Positions 12,335 through 26,496 of a stretch of 64,000 bases of DNA are shown here, one piece after another. The position numbers and the translations under genes were made by a program. Position 1 is the first letter of the stretch. Each line of letters begins with the position of its first letter. The notes beneath the pieces were generated by a model. It was not told the origin of the DNA and did not search any database. It worked only from the letters and a program-made list of their open reading frames with translations. The stretch is from Octopus sinensis (Eukaryota): positions 5,084,001 to 5,148,000 of the forward strand of contig NC_043003.1 of assembly GCF_006345805.1 (NCBI RefSeq), in the 5' to 3' direction.

Positions 12335-13250
12335 CAGAGTGAGAGAGAGAGAAAGAAAATTTTAGAGAAAAAGCGATAGAATAAAAGGTGAACGGGGAAG
12401 ATTTTACAAAAGTAATTAAATAGAGTAAAGAAAAGAAAAAATATGGAAAAGAAAATGAAAAAAAAATGAAAAATCAATCAAATTGTCATGTAAAAGAGCT
12501 TTTAGATATTGGAATCAAATGTAATTAGTCTTCAGGACACTGTGTAAGACTGGCGATTGGCTTCATTCTCTACAATCAAAGAACTAGAGAGAACGGCTTG
12601 CCGATTCTTAACTGTTGTCAGTTCTCGGATTTAATTGAAAATTTTTAAAGTTATTAAAACTTACAGAAGGATGAATTAATAAAAAATAGCAAAAATATAA
12701 AAAATAACAACGAAAATAAAAATAATAAGACGATAATAATAACAGTAATAACCATAAAAATAATACTAATAAGGATATTAAAAGCGCATTTAGAAATTTC
12801 TTTAAAAAATGGGTATAATTTAAGATAATAAAAAATAAAAGCTGTAAATTATGGTCTTTCAAAATTATGATTTATACACCAGTTACTGTATGTAGAATGA
12901 GAGAATAATGTGGTATAAATAAATGAATGAATAAAATAAGGATGAATCGACTTTAAAGAACTTGAAATATGGCAAGAATATTTTCGAAATTTGAACTTGC
13001 TCTGTGAAGTTTTCGTAGAACAAAAGTGTTGTAAATCATTCTATTAAAAGCTTGAGTGCAGCCTTTAACGACCGAACGTTACTGCAAGAACGGTATATAT
13101 AGTGCTTTGATGGCAAAATATTGCTCTTTTAAGGATTAACGCACAGACCCAGAGATTGGCCTCCCTTCCAAACGTTTCAATTTTTCAATTTGTTTTTCTG
13201 GTTTCAGTTTGTAGGGAGCAATCATGATGAGGCACCACGTTCAATATTTT

Positions 13251-13472
13251 CGAGCTGGCAGAACCGTTAAGTACGCCGGGCGAAATACTCAGCGGTATTT
13301 CGTCTGTCTTTACGTTCTGAGTTTGAATTCAGCCGAGGTCGACTTTGCCTTTCATCCTTCCGGTGTCGATTAAATAATTACCAGTTACGTACTGGGGTCG
13401 ATATAATCGACTTAATCCCTTTGTCCTTGTTTGTCCCCTCTATGTTTAGCCCCCTGTGGGCAATAAAGCAAT
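13251..13472 (+). mobile_element. SINE with Nin/Deu-like domain
   Basis: CGAGCTGGCAGAACCGTTA...GAGGTCGACTTTGCCTTTCATCCTTCCGGTGTCGAT...CTGGGGTCGAT; more than 10 copies in the window. Confidence 0.85.
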
Positions 13473-15281
13473 ACATATTTTCGATGATCACATCAATCCC
13501 TGGATTTTATACAAACTGATACTTTTAGTAACGATCTCTATGTCGCAGGACAGGAATAACATAAACAGAACTAAATGTAATAAAATGCTAAAAATTAAAT
13601 AATAAGGTTCACATCCGCCTGTGTCTCTGACTGAAAAACTATAAAATATGTATATAAAACTAATTTCAGTTAGACATTCTCAAGTTTAGATGACAATCAC
13701 GTGATCAATGGATCTGCTAAAAATCTCAGCTGTTACTCATGTCACCGCCTTAAAAAATGAAGGATATATTGAATAAAAATCCTTCTTGGTATATATAAAA
13801 TGTATATAGCATGTTCAAGGCAGTAACGCCATTGATCGTCTGCTTTCACAGACACGGTTGGCCTGAAACTAAACAAATCAGCTTAAGCCTACAATAGAAA
13901 CAAATGTGCCTGTTTTCAGCTGTTTGATCTGTTAGCAATAGCAGTTAAATATTGCCAAAACCAAGCCGTATCGTCTTATAAATATATGAAACATACATCC
14001 ATTGTAAAATGTAGACCTAAATGCATTGTTAAAGAAATGTACGAGATGGTCATCGCTGAAAATAGGTCTTAAATATAAAAAAAATGTAGACTGAATGAAT
14101 ATTCAGTAAAGCAATAAGTAAGCTATGTTAGATGTTATGAAAATAAATAAAAGACTTTCTTCTAAGCAGACAGTTTTAGTTCCGTCCCAAATACCAGATT
14201 TAATTATCTTTAATTACAATAAAGATGATGTGGCCAAATCTAAAGTAGAAACCCTCAGACGTACACGTATTGTATTTTCCATTGTTTCATATATTCTTTT
14301 ATCGAACCGAGTGTACGTGACCAGCTTGTTGATGTACGGCATAAGATGTTGCCACTCAATGTTGTATAATAGCGTCGGAAATATATAACAAAAGGAAATA
14401 TAACTGCATAAAAGAGTATCGAGCTGACATGATACTACCATACTGTTATTGTTTATATACACATACATATAGACATACACACACATACATACTTACAGAC
14501 ATACAAACACATATATACACGTACATATATATTTATATACAAGCTAAAATAGTGTATGAAAAGGATGTATACTTATTAATGTGAAATATTACGAAATATA
14601 ACACCACCCTCCTCTCTCTCTCTCTCTGTATGTATATATATTATATATGCGTGTGTGTTTATATATATATATATATAATATATATATATATATATTATAT
14701 ATATATATATATTAAATATATATAAGCGTGTGTGTGTATATTGCGTCTGTATATATATAAATATATTTTGATGGACCGTATACATACGGAAATCTGCAAT
14801 GTCCTAGCAACTACGGGATTCCAAGACAAGGTTACTCTCAAACACGAACCCTGCTAATAATAAGAATAAACGTGATCGACAGTTAAAGTAACCTAATGAA
14901 TATGGAAACCAAATGAATACGAATTCCATGAGTAGATTCACTGAGTCCGGTTTCCTATTCGTGAGAATCGTTGGTCTAAGATCGTTTAAAGATTGCCTGA
15001 GATATTACAGGTGTATGAAATTATTCGGTGAAGTATCTTCATTTATATTAACTCCATCAATATATATGTGTACGCAGGTGCTTGCGTATCTATATGCGTG
15101 TTCGTGTGTGTGTACTCTAATTTTGAACAATGAGAATGAGTGATCTACACCGTTGTTGTTGGTTAAATATCCTTTATTTGTGGCTTAACAAAGCTGCCAT
15201 TGGTTTCTTGCCGAGAATTATTACCAGTTATCACGTCTGCTGTATTGAGATGATAGTCGTCTCCATCTATGTCCATGTGAA

Positions 15282-15429
15282 AGCATGGCTGTGTGATAAG
15301 AAGTTTGCTTCCCAATCACATGTTTCCGGGTTCAGTGCCACAGCGTGGCACCTTGGGTATGTGTCTTTTATTATAGCCTCGGGCCGACCAAAGCCTTCCG
15401 AGTAGATTTGATTCATGAGTAGTCCGTCT

Positions 15430-15474
<45 letters not shown>

Positions 15475-15700
15475 ATCTCTATATATATATATATATATAT
15501 GTTGTGTGTGTGTGTGTGTGTGTGTGTGTGTCAGCACCACTAGACAACCGGTGTTGTTGCGTTTACATCCCCGTTATCTAGCGGTTAGTAGAAGAAACCG
15601 TTAGGCTGTAAAAAAGTAATTGGGTAGATTCATCCGGCTAAAAGTTCTCCAGGCTGTGTTCCAAAATGGCCGTAGCCTAATGACAGAAACAAGAAAAATG
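15282..15700 (+). mobile_element. tRNA-derived SINE (CORE-like) with internal microsatellite
   Basis: Head TGGCTGTGTGATAAG...CCGGGTTCAGTGCC; matches 41650-42046 and 21895-22263. Confidence 0.8.
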
Positions 15701-15719
15701 TAAGAGGTATGTGTATGTA

Positions 15720-15812
<93 letters not shown>

Positions 15813-15970
15813 AGAGTATGCTGACTTGTACATCCACAATTTTTTTATAGCTATATACAGCATATCAAATTGACCTATACATGGCTTCTGCTGCTTAGTC
15901 TACACCTATCACAAATAACTGCGGCGTATAATGCAAATACAACTTCCCAGGTGACCTTACTAATCCGAAT

Positions 15971-16650
15971 TTGAAAGATAAGGAGGAAATAATTAAAACG
16001 AAGGGACTGGGCAGCGGAAGAAGGGGGATTGATTACAGAATAACCAACAGTCAAAGTGAAACAACTCTAACAAATTCTTTCAGAGGCATAAAAATAGGAC
16101 GAACCGCTAGAATGAGCGGCATAAAAATTAATATCCATACAGAATCGAGAAATAATACCAGACCGGAGGAAGAAAGAAAAGGAAAAACTTCTAGAGAAGT
16201 CAACAGTACAATAAATAATAGAAATAGACAAACAGGTCAATACAACTGTGCTAGAGATAATGTATGTCCGTTGGACTCAAGATGTCAAATTAAGAACCTG
16301 GTCTATAAATGCAAAGTTATCTCGGAGAGAAGAGAATACTTTTATTAGGAGCGAGCTCTCTTTCTTTTAAAAAGGGACCAGGCAGTCATGTAAATTCTTT
16401 TAGAGATACGGAAAAAGTAGATAACACAAGCCTAAGTAAACTAATTTTGTCAATTAGAGACATGAACAATAGCTATTATATCGATTGGGAACTAATTATT
16501 TCTGCTAAGCCTTATCGAGTCGGGGGAAATAGATTCGGCCTATGTGTAGAAATTTGCCAGATATTTACATCAAAATACATTAACTAATAAAACCCACGAA
16601 CAAGCCCTAAGATGTTTACACAAACACAGTGGCACCTTTAAGGGATATAA
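15971..16650 (+). pseudogene. Penelope-like element GIY-YIG endonuclease C-terminal remnant
   Basis: YNCARDNVCPLDSRCQIKNLVYKCKV..YFY, frameshift, GASSLSFKK..HVNSF..NTSLSK..YYIDWELIISAKPYRVGGNRFGLCVE. Fits the PLE pattern CNC-CPL-C-VY-YIG-FK-H-SF-TxLSK-W-PY-CxLC. Confidence 0.85.
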
Positions 16651-16843
16651 GGATAATTCTAGATAGCCGATGTCCCAGCAACAATTGAATTTGATATAAC
16701 AAATGGAGTAATATAAACTAAACAAAAATATTTAATTACCATCATTAATGAAAAAAAAGCAAATACCCTGTCCAATGTATAACACACATCATGAACAGCT
16801 CAACCGAAAAAATGAATATAAACGTGAACAAAATCAAAAATAT

Positions 16844-17101
16844 AAACTTAGATAAACTTAGATATGTTTCGACCAAAGATTGGTCCAGGTCATGTCTAAC
16901 TTAATAGCACCACCTGATAGGATTATTCGAATCCAGTTTAAGTCAAGTTTTGTTTAAGTCAAGTTTTGTTCAAGTAGTGAGTTCTTGTTGGGTGAGTTGT
17001 ATCAAGTTTTGTTCAAGTAGTGAGTTCTTGTTGGGTGAGTTGTATCCAATTATGGGTGGCTTATCTGGTATTCTTTGAAGGAATCTATCCAGACTCCATT
17101 T
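16844..17101 (-). mobile_element. CR1-like LINE 3' end, 5'-truncated, with internal tandem duplications
   Basis: Near-identical to 50881-51097; AAGTTTTGTTCAAGTAGTGAGTTCTTGTTGGGTGAGTTGTATC occurs twice. Confidence 0.85.
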
Positions 17102-17659
17102 AATCATTAAAATGAACAAAGAGCATTACAAAAGTAATTATCTTGATCTTCTCCTTTTTAAGACCAAACCCGACCTTCAAATTGGGGTGAAGTTGAGTTC
17201 AGCAGCATATACCTATAAATAACAACATCCACAGAACACTAATAGGGATTTACTTCAATTAGTTCACTTCCAGCATGACCTAATAGACAGACACTGGTGA
17301 AGCTGCACCGACAATATTGCAAAGCTGCATTTGCAACAATGAGAAGTCGCTGCAGTGGATACCGTGTAGGCCATTATAATATGTTGTCTATAACTATAAA
17401 ATAAAATTTGGTGATGTACAAGTTTCCATACTCTTTTTTATTATTATTAATAATATTAATATATATAAACTCCACACAGTTTTTACCGTGCAGCGAAGAG
17501 TACAAGAAAGTACCTTTTGGATTAATTCACGGAGTGACTAAGAACTAACTGTAGTCACAGACATTAAATACTGAGAGCTCTATACGGTATCTACCCGGGT
17601 AATATACCCCTCCAAACTCACTTATCACCTACACACACACCTATATATATCTATATCAT

Positions 17660-17937
17660 TCAGGGTCACGACGACTAGGGTCACAATCGATCCGATCAAC
17701 TGAGCAGCCTGCTCGTGGAATTAACGTGCCAGTGGCTGAGCACTCCACAGACACGTGTACCCTTCACGTAGTTCTCAGGACGATTCAGTGTGTCACAGAG
17801 TATGACAAGGCTGGCCCTTTGAAATACAAGTACTACTCAATTTTGCCAGCTGAGTGGACTGGAGGAACGTGAAATAAAGTGTCTTGCTCAAGGACACAAC
17901 GCGTCGCCGGGAATTGCATTGATGACCTTACGATCAT
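17660..17937 (-). mobile_element. tRNA-derived SINE, same family as 7054-7374, head truncated
   Basis: Clear identity to 7070-7335. Confidence 0.85.
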
Positions 17938-18063
17938 AATATATATATATATATTTACATAATGAGGAAGATAAATTGAATATTAATTTAATTAGTATCA
18001 ATTTAAAACCAGTAGCCCAGCATATAAAAAATCTGAAACATCAGAGAACATTTTAATACATGT

Positions 18064-18194
18064 GTATATTAGGGCTAAAAAACCACTATGTGGACAGCCA
18101 TATGCTAGAAGAAGAACAATCACAAGAGAAGATCGTATGTGATCTTCTTCTAGCATATGGCTGTCCACATAGTGGCTTTTTAGCCCTAATATAC
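18064..18194. repeat. 52-bp-arm near-perfect inverted repeat
   Basis: 18064-18115 pairs with 18143-18194, one mismatch; 27-nt spacer. Confidence 0.95.
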
Positions 18195-18204
18195 TTATGT
18201 ATTG

Positions 18205-18254
<50 letters not shown>

Positions 18255-19327
18255 ATGTGTGAAATTTAAGTAATTTGTATAAATGTAGATCACTTCAACA
18301 TTGGAAACGTTTTTGTGTTGTACTTCAAATCTCTATCTTGCGATTTTAGCTGAATAGTATAAGTACTTGCACAAGTGTGTGTGTGTGTGTGTGCGTGTGT
18401 GTGAATGTGTCTATCTGTGGGAGTATAGACTCTCGTGTGGGTGTGATTGTGAATACAAGAGATTATCTTCTTCCAATTTACATTGAGTCCCAAGTGGAAA
18501 AAATACACACACACACACACACACACCCACACGTACATACAATATCAACTCCGCCATCATACATATAACATGACGCATGCAAAATACATTCACATCTAAA
18601 ACCACAACCAGAGACAGAAAGAATCAAATTCAAGAAGTATGTTTGTCTTCGGAATGATTTTTCTCAAAGTGTTTCGGCAAGTCAGTAATTTGATTTCACA
18701 GTTCCATACGGACGCTGTTTCTAATTGTACCATGCTATCTGTGTATTATTTATACCTAACTAATTTTGCTTGTAATTAGCTTATTCTCCAGCTAACACCT
18801 CTCTCAGTCTCCCACTAATGCTTCTCCGTATACACCTTCGTAATTTCCTACCTCATGCCATTTATTCTTCAATATACATTCTATGCATTGGTTATTTTTG
18901 AAATTGGGGAAAGATTTCACGTCGATGTTCTGTAATTAGTAAGTAATTAGCTGTAAGTAATAACATTTTGGATTGTTGCTGTTGTTGTTGTTGTTGTTGT
19001 TGCTGCTGCTGTTTTTGTAGGCTTTTGTTTAGTAGATACTTTTATGTATCTTCTTTTTCGATTCGCAGTTCTGTATTAATTTCGTAATCGTAATCATCAT
19101 GATTATAAAAGGATCATGACAATGATGGCGGTGATGATGATGATAATCATCATTATCATCGTTATCATCATACACATCATGAGCTCTCTCCGCCTTCTCG
19201 CGATCATATTCATCCTGCCCCCTCCTTTTCCTCCTCTTCCCCCTCCCTCTCTCTCCCGTTCTTTTCTTCCTCCTCCTTTTCATCATCATCATTCTCTCTT
19301 TGCTATCCTGAGTCATTTAATTCTGAT

Positions 19328-19800
<473 letters not shown>

Positions 19801-20143
19801 GTAGGCATATATATTGTATCCTTAATCCAGTTATATTAATCTACATGTTATCGATACAAATTGATATCTATTTAAATATGTTATGCTTGGTACATTAATA
19901 CATTCCTGCATATAAATACATTCACGCTTATACACGCAAACACTGAATGGCAGATACACAAAAAACACACACACACGTATCGGATATAATAGTCAATAGT
20001 CACATATTTGAAACAACTACGAATGTCTATGTATCTATCTATTTATCAATCTATCTGTATAATGAAATATCATGTGTGCATAAATATATGCCAATTGTTC
20101 TCTGTAGCCTTTCTTATATGCATATAGACAAACAAAAATTGAC

Positions 20144-20193
<50 letters not shown>

Positions 20194-20286
20194 TATATAT
20201 AAAATCTACAAATGGAGAAGGACATACTACCACCATGTTCTTAATGATGAAATTAACCTCCCTGTCTATATATCGACCCTCTTTGT

Positions 20287-20436
20287 AATGTTGGCAAATG
20301 GAATAAGTATAAAATTGTGCTTTGTTCGTTTAACTGAAAAAATTCTATATGTGGCTGAAGATTGCTCGACATTTTAAAAGTAGCGTGAAACGATTGTACC
20401 ACACTACCTTGGATATCCTTGTCGCTTATTTTGATA

Positions 20437-20438
<2 letters not shown>
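20287..20438 (+). mobile_element. Family A repeat copy, internally deleted
   Basis: Identity to 1-182; followed by (TA)n. Confidence 0.8.
20350..20403 (+). ncRNA. Type I hammerhead, family A
   Basis: TGTGG CTGAAGA TTGCT..AGCGT GAAAC GATT GTA CCACA; 5-bp stem I, U.U at 10.1/11.1. Confidence 0.7.
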
Positions 20439-20481
<43 letters not shown>

Positions 20482-20505
20482 ACACACGCGCTCACACACT
20501 CACAC

Positions 20506-20563
<58 letters not shown>

Positions 20564-20787
20564 TATATGCGTGTATGAATGAATGCTCACTGCATTAAAA
20601 TTAGAAATACTAATAGTTTCTTGCCATTGAGACACGTGTATGGCTTGTGCGTTCAAGCAGCCTTACAGGCTGAGCCACTACGACATGCATTAAATCATAT
20701 TCATCTCACACTGGATGGAGTATCTTGTCTCGTTGATCCTATCCTACCTTAGCGGAAGAGTAATCTCCGTGTGTGCGTGTGTGTGTG

Positions 20788-20868
<81 letters not shown>

Positions 20869-21291
20869 TTTATATATATTTATATATATATATACATATA
20901 TAAATTATAAGAGAGTTACCACTATGTGGATAGCTCTACTGCTAAAAATAGCTCCGTTACTAGTATAGCCACAGAAAGATGTTTCCAAGAAGAAATAACA
21001 TTACATTTAACGGAAAGAAAGTGAAATATAATGATAAAATAGATTAACCCTGAACAATTGTTTCATTATTAATGTAATATGTAATTTTACTTACATAGAC
21101 ATCTATAAATCATCGGCAGAGGTTTGTCTTAAATACAATTTTGTAGACCCTCACGAGCGTCAAATACACGTGCAGTTTAATCGATTGCATTTGTAGTTAT
21201 GCCTCAAATTCCCCGCCAAAGGCATGCTAAGACTCATTGGAAACGAATACTGCATAAAATATTTACTGCAACATATTAATTAATTTATAAA

Positions 21292-21327
<36 letters not shown>

Positions 21328-21847
21328 GTATATACTTATATGTGTGTATGTGTATATATGAATGTATGTACAACCATACAAATATGTATGTGTGTGTGTG
21401 TGCATGTCTATACACACGCACACATTTATATATGGCTTAGCTTATACAGATATACAGACGATGTTTCACAACAGTTACTTCATGTCAGCCTCTGGAGTCA
21501 TGTTAATACTTTTGAAGCTTGCACAAGTTGAATTTAGCAGTTGTCTCACCTGGCTGCTCAGAAGATCATAGGGTGGGCTCTTTAATGCTGAAATGCATTC
21601 TCAATGCACCACTGGAGGTTTCTTATCTTCCAGATACTCAGGGCTGCTATCAACATGATTAGAGGTTCCGTCCAATAACGTGACAACTTGGGGAAGAGTC
21701 TATAAATTGAGGCTAACTAAAGACCTGTGTGGATTTAGTAGATGGAATCCGGAAGAAGCTCGTATAAATGTATGTGTATGTATGTATAAATACATGTGTG
21801 TGTATGTATGTAGGTATGTATGTGTATATATATATATATATATATAG

Positions 21848-21880
<33 letters not shown>

Positions 21881-21894
21881 ATACATAATATATT

Positions 21895-22263
21895 CTTTTT
21901 TTTTACTTGTCATTTGACTGTTGCCATGATGGAGTACCGCCTTTTAGTCGAGCAAATTGACCCCAGGGCTTATTGTTTGTAAGTCTGGTAATATTTTATC
22001 AGTCTTTCTTGCCAAACCGCTAGCTTACGGGGACATAAACACACCAATATCGGTTGTCAAGTGACGGTGGGGGAGACAAATATTGACACAAAGAGACAGA
22101 CACACACATATAAATATATGTTTTCGCCTACGAAATCCACTCAGCAGTCTTTGGTCGGACCGAGGCTATAGTAGAAGACACCTGCCTAAGGCACCATCCA
22201 GTGGGACTGAACCCAGCACCATGTAGTTGGGTAGCAAGCTTCCTACCACACAGCCACACCTGT
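21895..22263 (-). mobile_element. tRNA-derived SINE (CORE-like), family of 41650-42046
   Basis: Minus-strand head TGGCTGTGTGGTAGG..GGGTTCAGTCCC and matching tail. Confidence 0.85.
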
Positions 22264-22315
22264 ACCTATATATATATATATGTATGTATGTATATAGACA
22301 CACACATATACATAC

Positions 22316-22349
<34 letters not shown>

Positions 22350-22379
22350 GTGTGGTGTGTGTGTGTGTATGCGTATGCG

Positions 22380-22556
22380 TGTCTGTTTGTCCCCCACTAA
22401 CACTCGACAACCCGTGTTGATGTGTTTGTTTAAATTCCCCGTAACATAGCTGTTCGGCAAAAGAGACCGATAGAATAAGTGACAGACTTAAAATGTAAGT
22501 AATGATGTTGCTCCAGCATGGCTGCAGTCTAATTACCGAAAAAAGTAAACGATGAA
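22380..22556 (+). mobile_element. 3' half of the same CORE-like SINE family
   Basis: GTTCGGCAAAAGAGACCGATAGAATAAGT...CTCCAGCATGGCTGCAGTC. Confidence 0.75.
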
Positions 22557-22989
22557 ATATAAAACTCATTGAAACATAAAGAATAGAAAAAAAACAGACG
22601 AAAGGACAAAAAATGTCATTGTCGGACAATCTGTTGGCTGGCCTTTCGTTCGGTCAAACTCGTATTTCTGTTTCATGTTTTGCTCACAGTCCAGCGTATC
22701 AGCATTCAAGTGGCAACAGAAACGTTTGGCATTTGTGGATGGTTAAGAATGGTGGCAGTGGTGGTGGCGAGGGGGAGAGAGAGAGTTTCTTTTAAAAGTA
22801 TGCGTGTGTTTGTTTGTATTTAGGAGTTCTGAAAATGGCGGTCATTACGTTATGACACGGTGAGTCTTCCGTACTTTGCTGTTGAAATAACAGAGACGGA
22901 TAAGATATTCATCAGACTGAAATAGGAACGTGAGGAGACGCGGCGAAGGGAATTATTCACGGCATTGCATCGCGACAGACGGAAACAGC

Positions 22990-23585
22990 GTAGAGAGGAT
23001 ATAGAGAGAAAGAAAGAGAGAGGGAGCGCGCGCGCGAGAGAGAGAGAGAGGAGTACAGAGAGAAAGGTGAGGACAAGAGACTGAGAAATAGAGTGAGAGG
23101 GAGAGGAAGGGAGAGGAGAGAGAGCTGAGAGACACAGAAAAAGAGAGTGATATAAAGACAGAGGCAGAGAGCAAGAGAGAGAGAGAGAGAGAGAGAGAAG
23201 AAGGAAAGAGAGAAAGGTGAGAACAAGAGACTGGGAAAGAGAGGGAGAGGGGTGAAAGGGAGAGGAGAGAGAGCTGAAAGATAAAGAGAAAAACAGAGAA
23301 AGAGAGACAAGGAGAGAGAGCTGAGAGACAAAGAGAAGGAGAGTGATATAAAGATAGAGGCAGTGAGAGAGAGAAAGAGACAGACAGACAAACAGAGAAG
23401 GAAAGTGATAAAGGTGGGAAGAAGAGACAGAGAAAGGGAGAGACAGAAGCGGTGAGTGAGAAAGAGAACGGGGAGAAAGAGAAATAGAGAGAGGGGAGAA
23501 AGGACTGAGAGACAAAGAGAAAACGAGTGACAGAATGTGCGAGGCGGAGAGAGAGAGAGAGAGAGAGAATGATAGAAAGAGATAG
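22990..23585. repeat. Polypurine (GA-rich) low-complexity tract with internal ~150-bp repeats
   Basis: AGAGAAAGGTGA(G/A)GACAAGAGACTG and GAGAGAGCTGAGAGAC..GAGTGATATAAAGA recur. Confidence 0.85.
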
Positions 23586-23901
23586 ATGTAGAATGGCGGT
23601 CAGAGAGTTTTGCTTCAGTTTCTAAAACAGCGTCTGTGTAATAATGGTGAGTGGAAAAGTATTTGAAGTTGTTGAGAAGCAAAGATTTAAAAATAAAGTT
23701 GTTGGTCGGATACATTGGCGCCGGTCAGTGGCTCGAAGCAGTTGCTGCTGGATGATGTAAACGGGTTTGCACGGGGATGTGAGTGGTGGAAGAGATGGAT
23801 TGGTAGACGTCAATAATGAATCTCACCCATACACATGTGGGAAAGATTAGGAAGGGATGAAACATGCTTTCGATGTAATTGTTACTCATTTCTAATAATA
23901 A

Positions 23902-24280
23902 CTAACACTATGACCCGGCGTTGCCAGGTCATAGTGCTAGTGCATGCATATACAGCTGCGTGCGTGCGTGCGCACATACACGCGAGTACTGTCCAAATCT
24001 CCGAGCAATCACATACAGCTAGCAGGCATTCAAATGACGTATCACGTTTCGGGCATTTTGATTGGGTTTTGGATAGAAAATTCACAAAATAAGTCACTTC
24101 TATTGATTTTTTAATGGCTTTGCGGGGTGACTGGGGAAATGTAAAGATGTGCACGACCACCCTTGGACGGTTTTGAATGACCATAGAAAGTGCGAGCCCT
24201 CTAACTAAAAAATTGTGGATTTGAATAAAGGACACACACACACACACATACAGACATTTTGCCGTTTATATGTATAGAGA
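23902..24280 (-). mobile_element. Short non-autonomous Helitron-like element
   Basis: Minus strand starts A|TC (TCTCTATAC) and ends TTAG|T (degenerate CTAG), with a terminal hairpin at 23901-23941; internal (CA)n; inserted in (TAA)n. Confidence 0.7.
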
Positions 24281-24361
24281 TAATAATAATAATAATAATA
24301 ATAATGAGAAGAAGAAGAAGAAGAAAAAGAAGAAGAGGAAGAAGAGGAATATCAACAGCAA

Positions 24362-25290
24362 AAAAGTGGGTTTTTGGAGTATATGTTGAGGTTTATATGT
24401 ATGTATAGGTATGTGTGAGTGAGGTGGGTATTTGTATATGTCGTGGGTGTGTGGTTTACGTGTGTGTATTTGTGTGTGAATGTTTAGGTTAGGGGGATTG
24501 CTATATAGGTATGTTATAGAGTTTAGTAAAGGGAGATTTTATCATTATATGTTTTTATGAGTTTTAGTTTATCATGGTAGTTTTGTTAAGGAATTCGTAG
24601 TAATTTGTGTCTATTTGCGATGTCTGTTGTTTTATTGCATTGTTTCATTCATAATTTTTAAGTAATGTTCGTTTTACCAAGTGAATATAATTTTTAATTC
24701 CATTTATTCCATTTCTCCATTCATAATTTTAATTGATGTCCGTTTCTAGAGCGGGAATGTGGGTTGTATGTGTGTGTGAGGGAGTATGAATAAGTATTGT
24801 GTTGAAGTATTTGGCTATTTTATTTATTTATCGTTGCCTAGACGTTTTTATGTGTATGTATAGGGATATATATATAGGTGTGTGATTTAGTGTATGTATT
24901 TAGATATGGTTATATATAATTAGTTATGTGTATGGGTGTATATATAGTTTATTTTTTGTTTTGTTTTATATTTTATATTTTATATTTTATATTTTATATT
25001 TAATTGTTGATAGGTTTATTTTAGTTTATATATTGTTTATATATTGATATATATGGATTATATATAGGTTATATATAGATTATATATTTATATTTTTTCA
25101 TTAATACTTTAATTATTTTAAATTATTATTTTTATATTTTAAAATATTGATATTTTAGATTGGAAGTCCACCTGAAGATTGTCGATCAGGACAAGAAACA
25201 ATTGTAGTGGCGGTATTTTTGACTTTTTATTAAAATTTTATGTATTGATTAAGTCTTTCCTTGTTTGTTTTGCAAAATAGTGGTTTTGTC
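24362..25290. mobile_element. G/T-skewed PLE-like remnant ending in a hammerhead
   Basis: Strong strand compositional skew; intact hammerhead at 25168-25210; followed by (TA)n. Confidence 0.5.
25168..25210 (+). ncRNA. Intact minimal type I hammerhead, family G
   Basis: CCAC CTGAAGA TTGTC-GATCAG-GACAA GAAAC AATT GTA GTGG; all three stems pair; predicted cleavage after A25206. Confidence 0.85.
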
Positions 25291-25295
25291 TCTAA

Positions 25296-25374
<79 letters not shown>

Positions 25375-26157
25375 GAGAGAGAGTTATATTTCGGAACGGT
25401 ATTTTTTTTTTTTGGCAAAATAAACACACGCGATATTTATTTTACTTTTTCTTCACTTGTTTATTATTGTTCTTATTTTGTTTTTTTCACTCATGTCCAT
25501 TGTCCGGAAATCTTTCGTTACACATCTGTGACCAGCCTTCAGTGACACTTTTCGTTTTCTTCTGTGCTTGTTCCACTTACACCATTATGTTCTTCTAAGA
25601 TGTGCATGTTTATGTGCGCATTTGTTTGTATCCTTGTTTGTGCGCGCGTGCGATGTATGTATGCGTGTGTGCGAGTCATAGTTTGTATGTATGTATGTAT
25701 ACACCTGTGTAGGTGCGTATATGTATTTCTCGTGTGCATCTCGCTCCCACTAGCTATATATATATATATATACATACATACATATGTGTGTGTGTGTGTG
25801 TATATATATATGTGTGTGTGTGTGTATATATATATATGTGTGTGTGTGTATATATATATATATGTGTGTGTATGTATATATAGAGGAGAGAAAGAGAGAG
25901 GGATAGAGAGAGCAGAGAGAAAAAGATATAAGGTGAAATGAAGAAAGAGAGCTTCACAGAGGCCATCATCCAATGACTGAAACAAGTTAAAGAAAATATG
26001 TAAATAAGAAGAGAAAAAAATTGGGCAGAGGTGGGGGGGAGAAGAAATATAGGGAGAGAAGTGGATGATTATTAACATAAGATATAAGAATAGAGAGGGT
26101 GAAGGTTATAAAAGGAGGAGACAAAATGGGTATGAGGATAGAGGGTGGTGGATAGGC

Positions 26158-26496
<339 letters not shown>

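Noticed and set aside
22850-23715. 221-aa and 252-aa Ser/Leu-rich ORFs
   Set aside because: Reverse strand of a GA-rich low-complexity tract.
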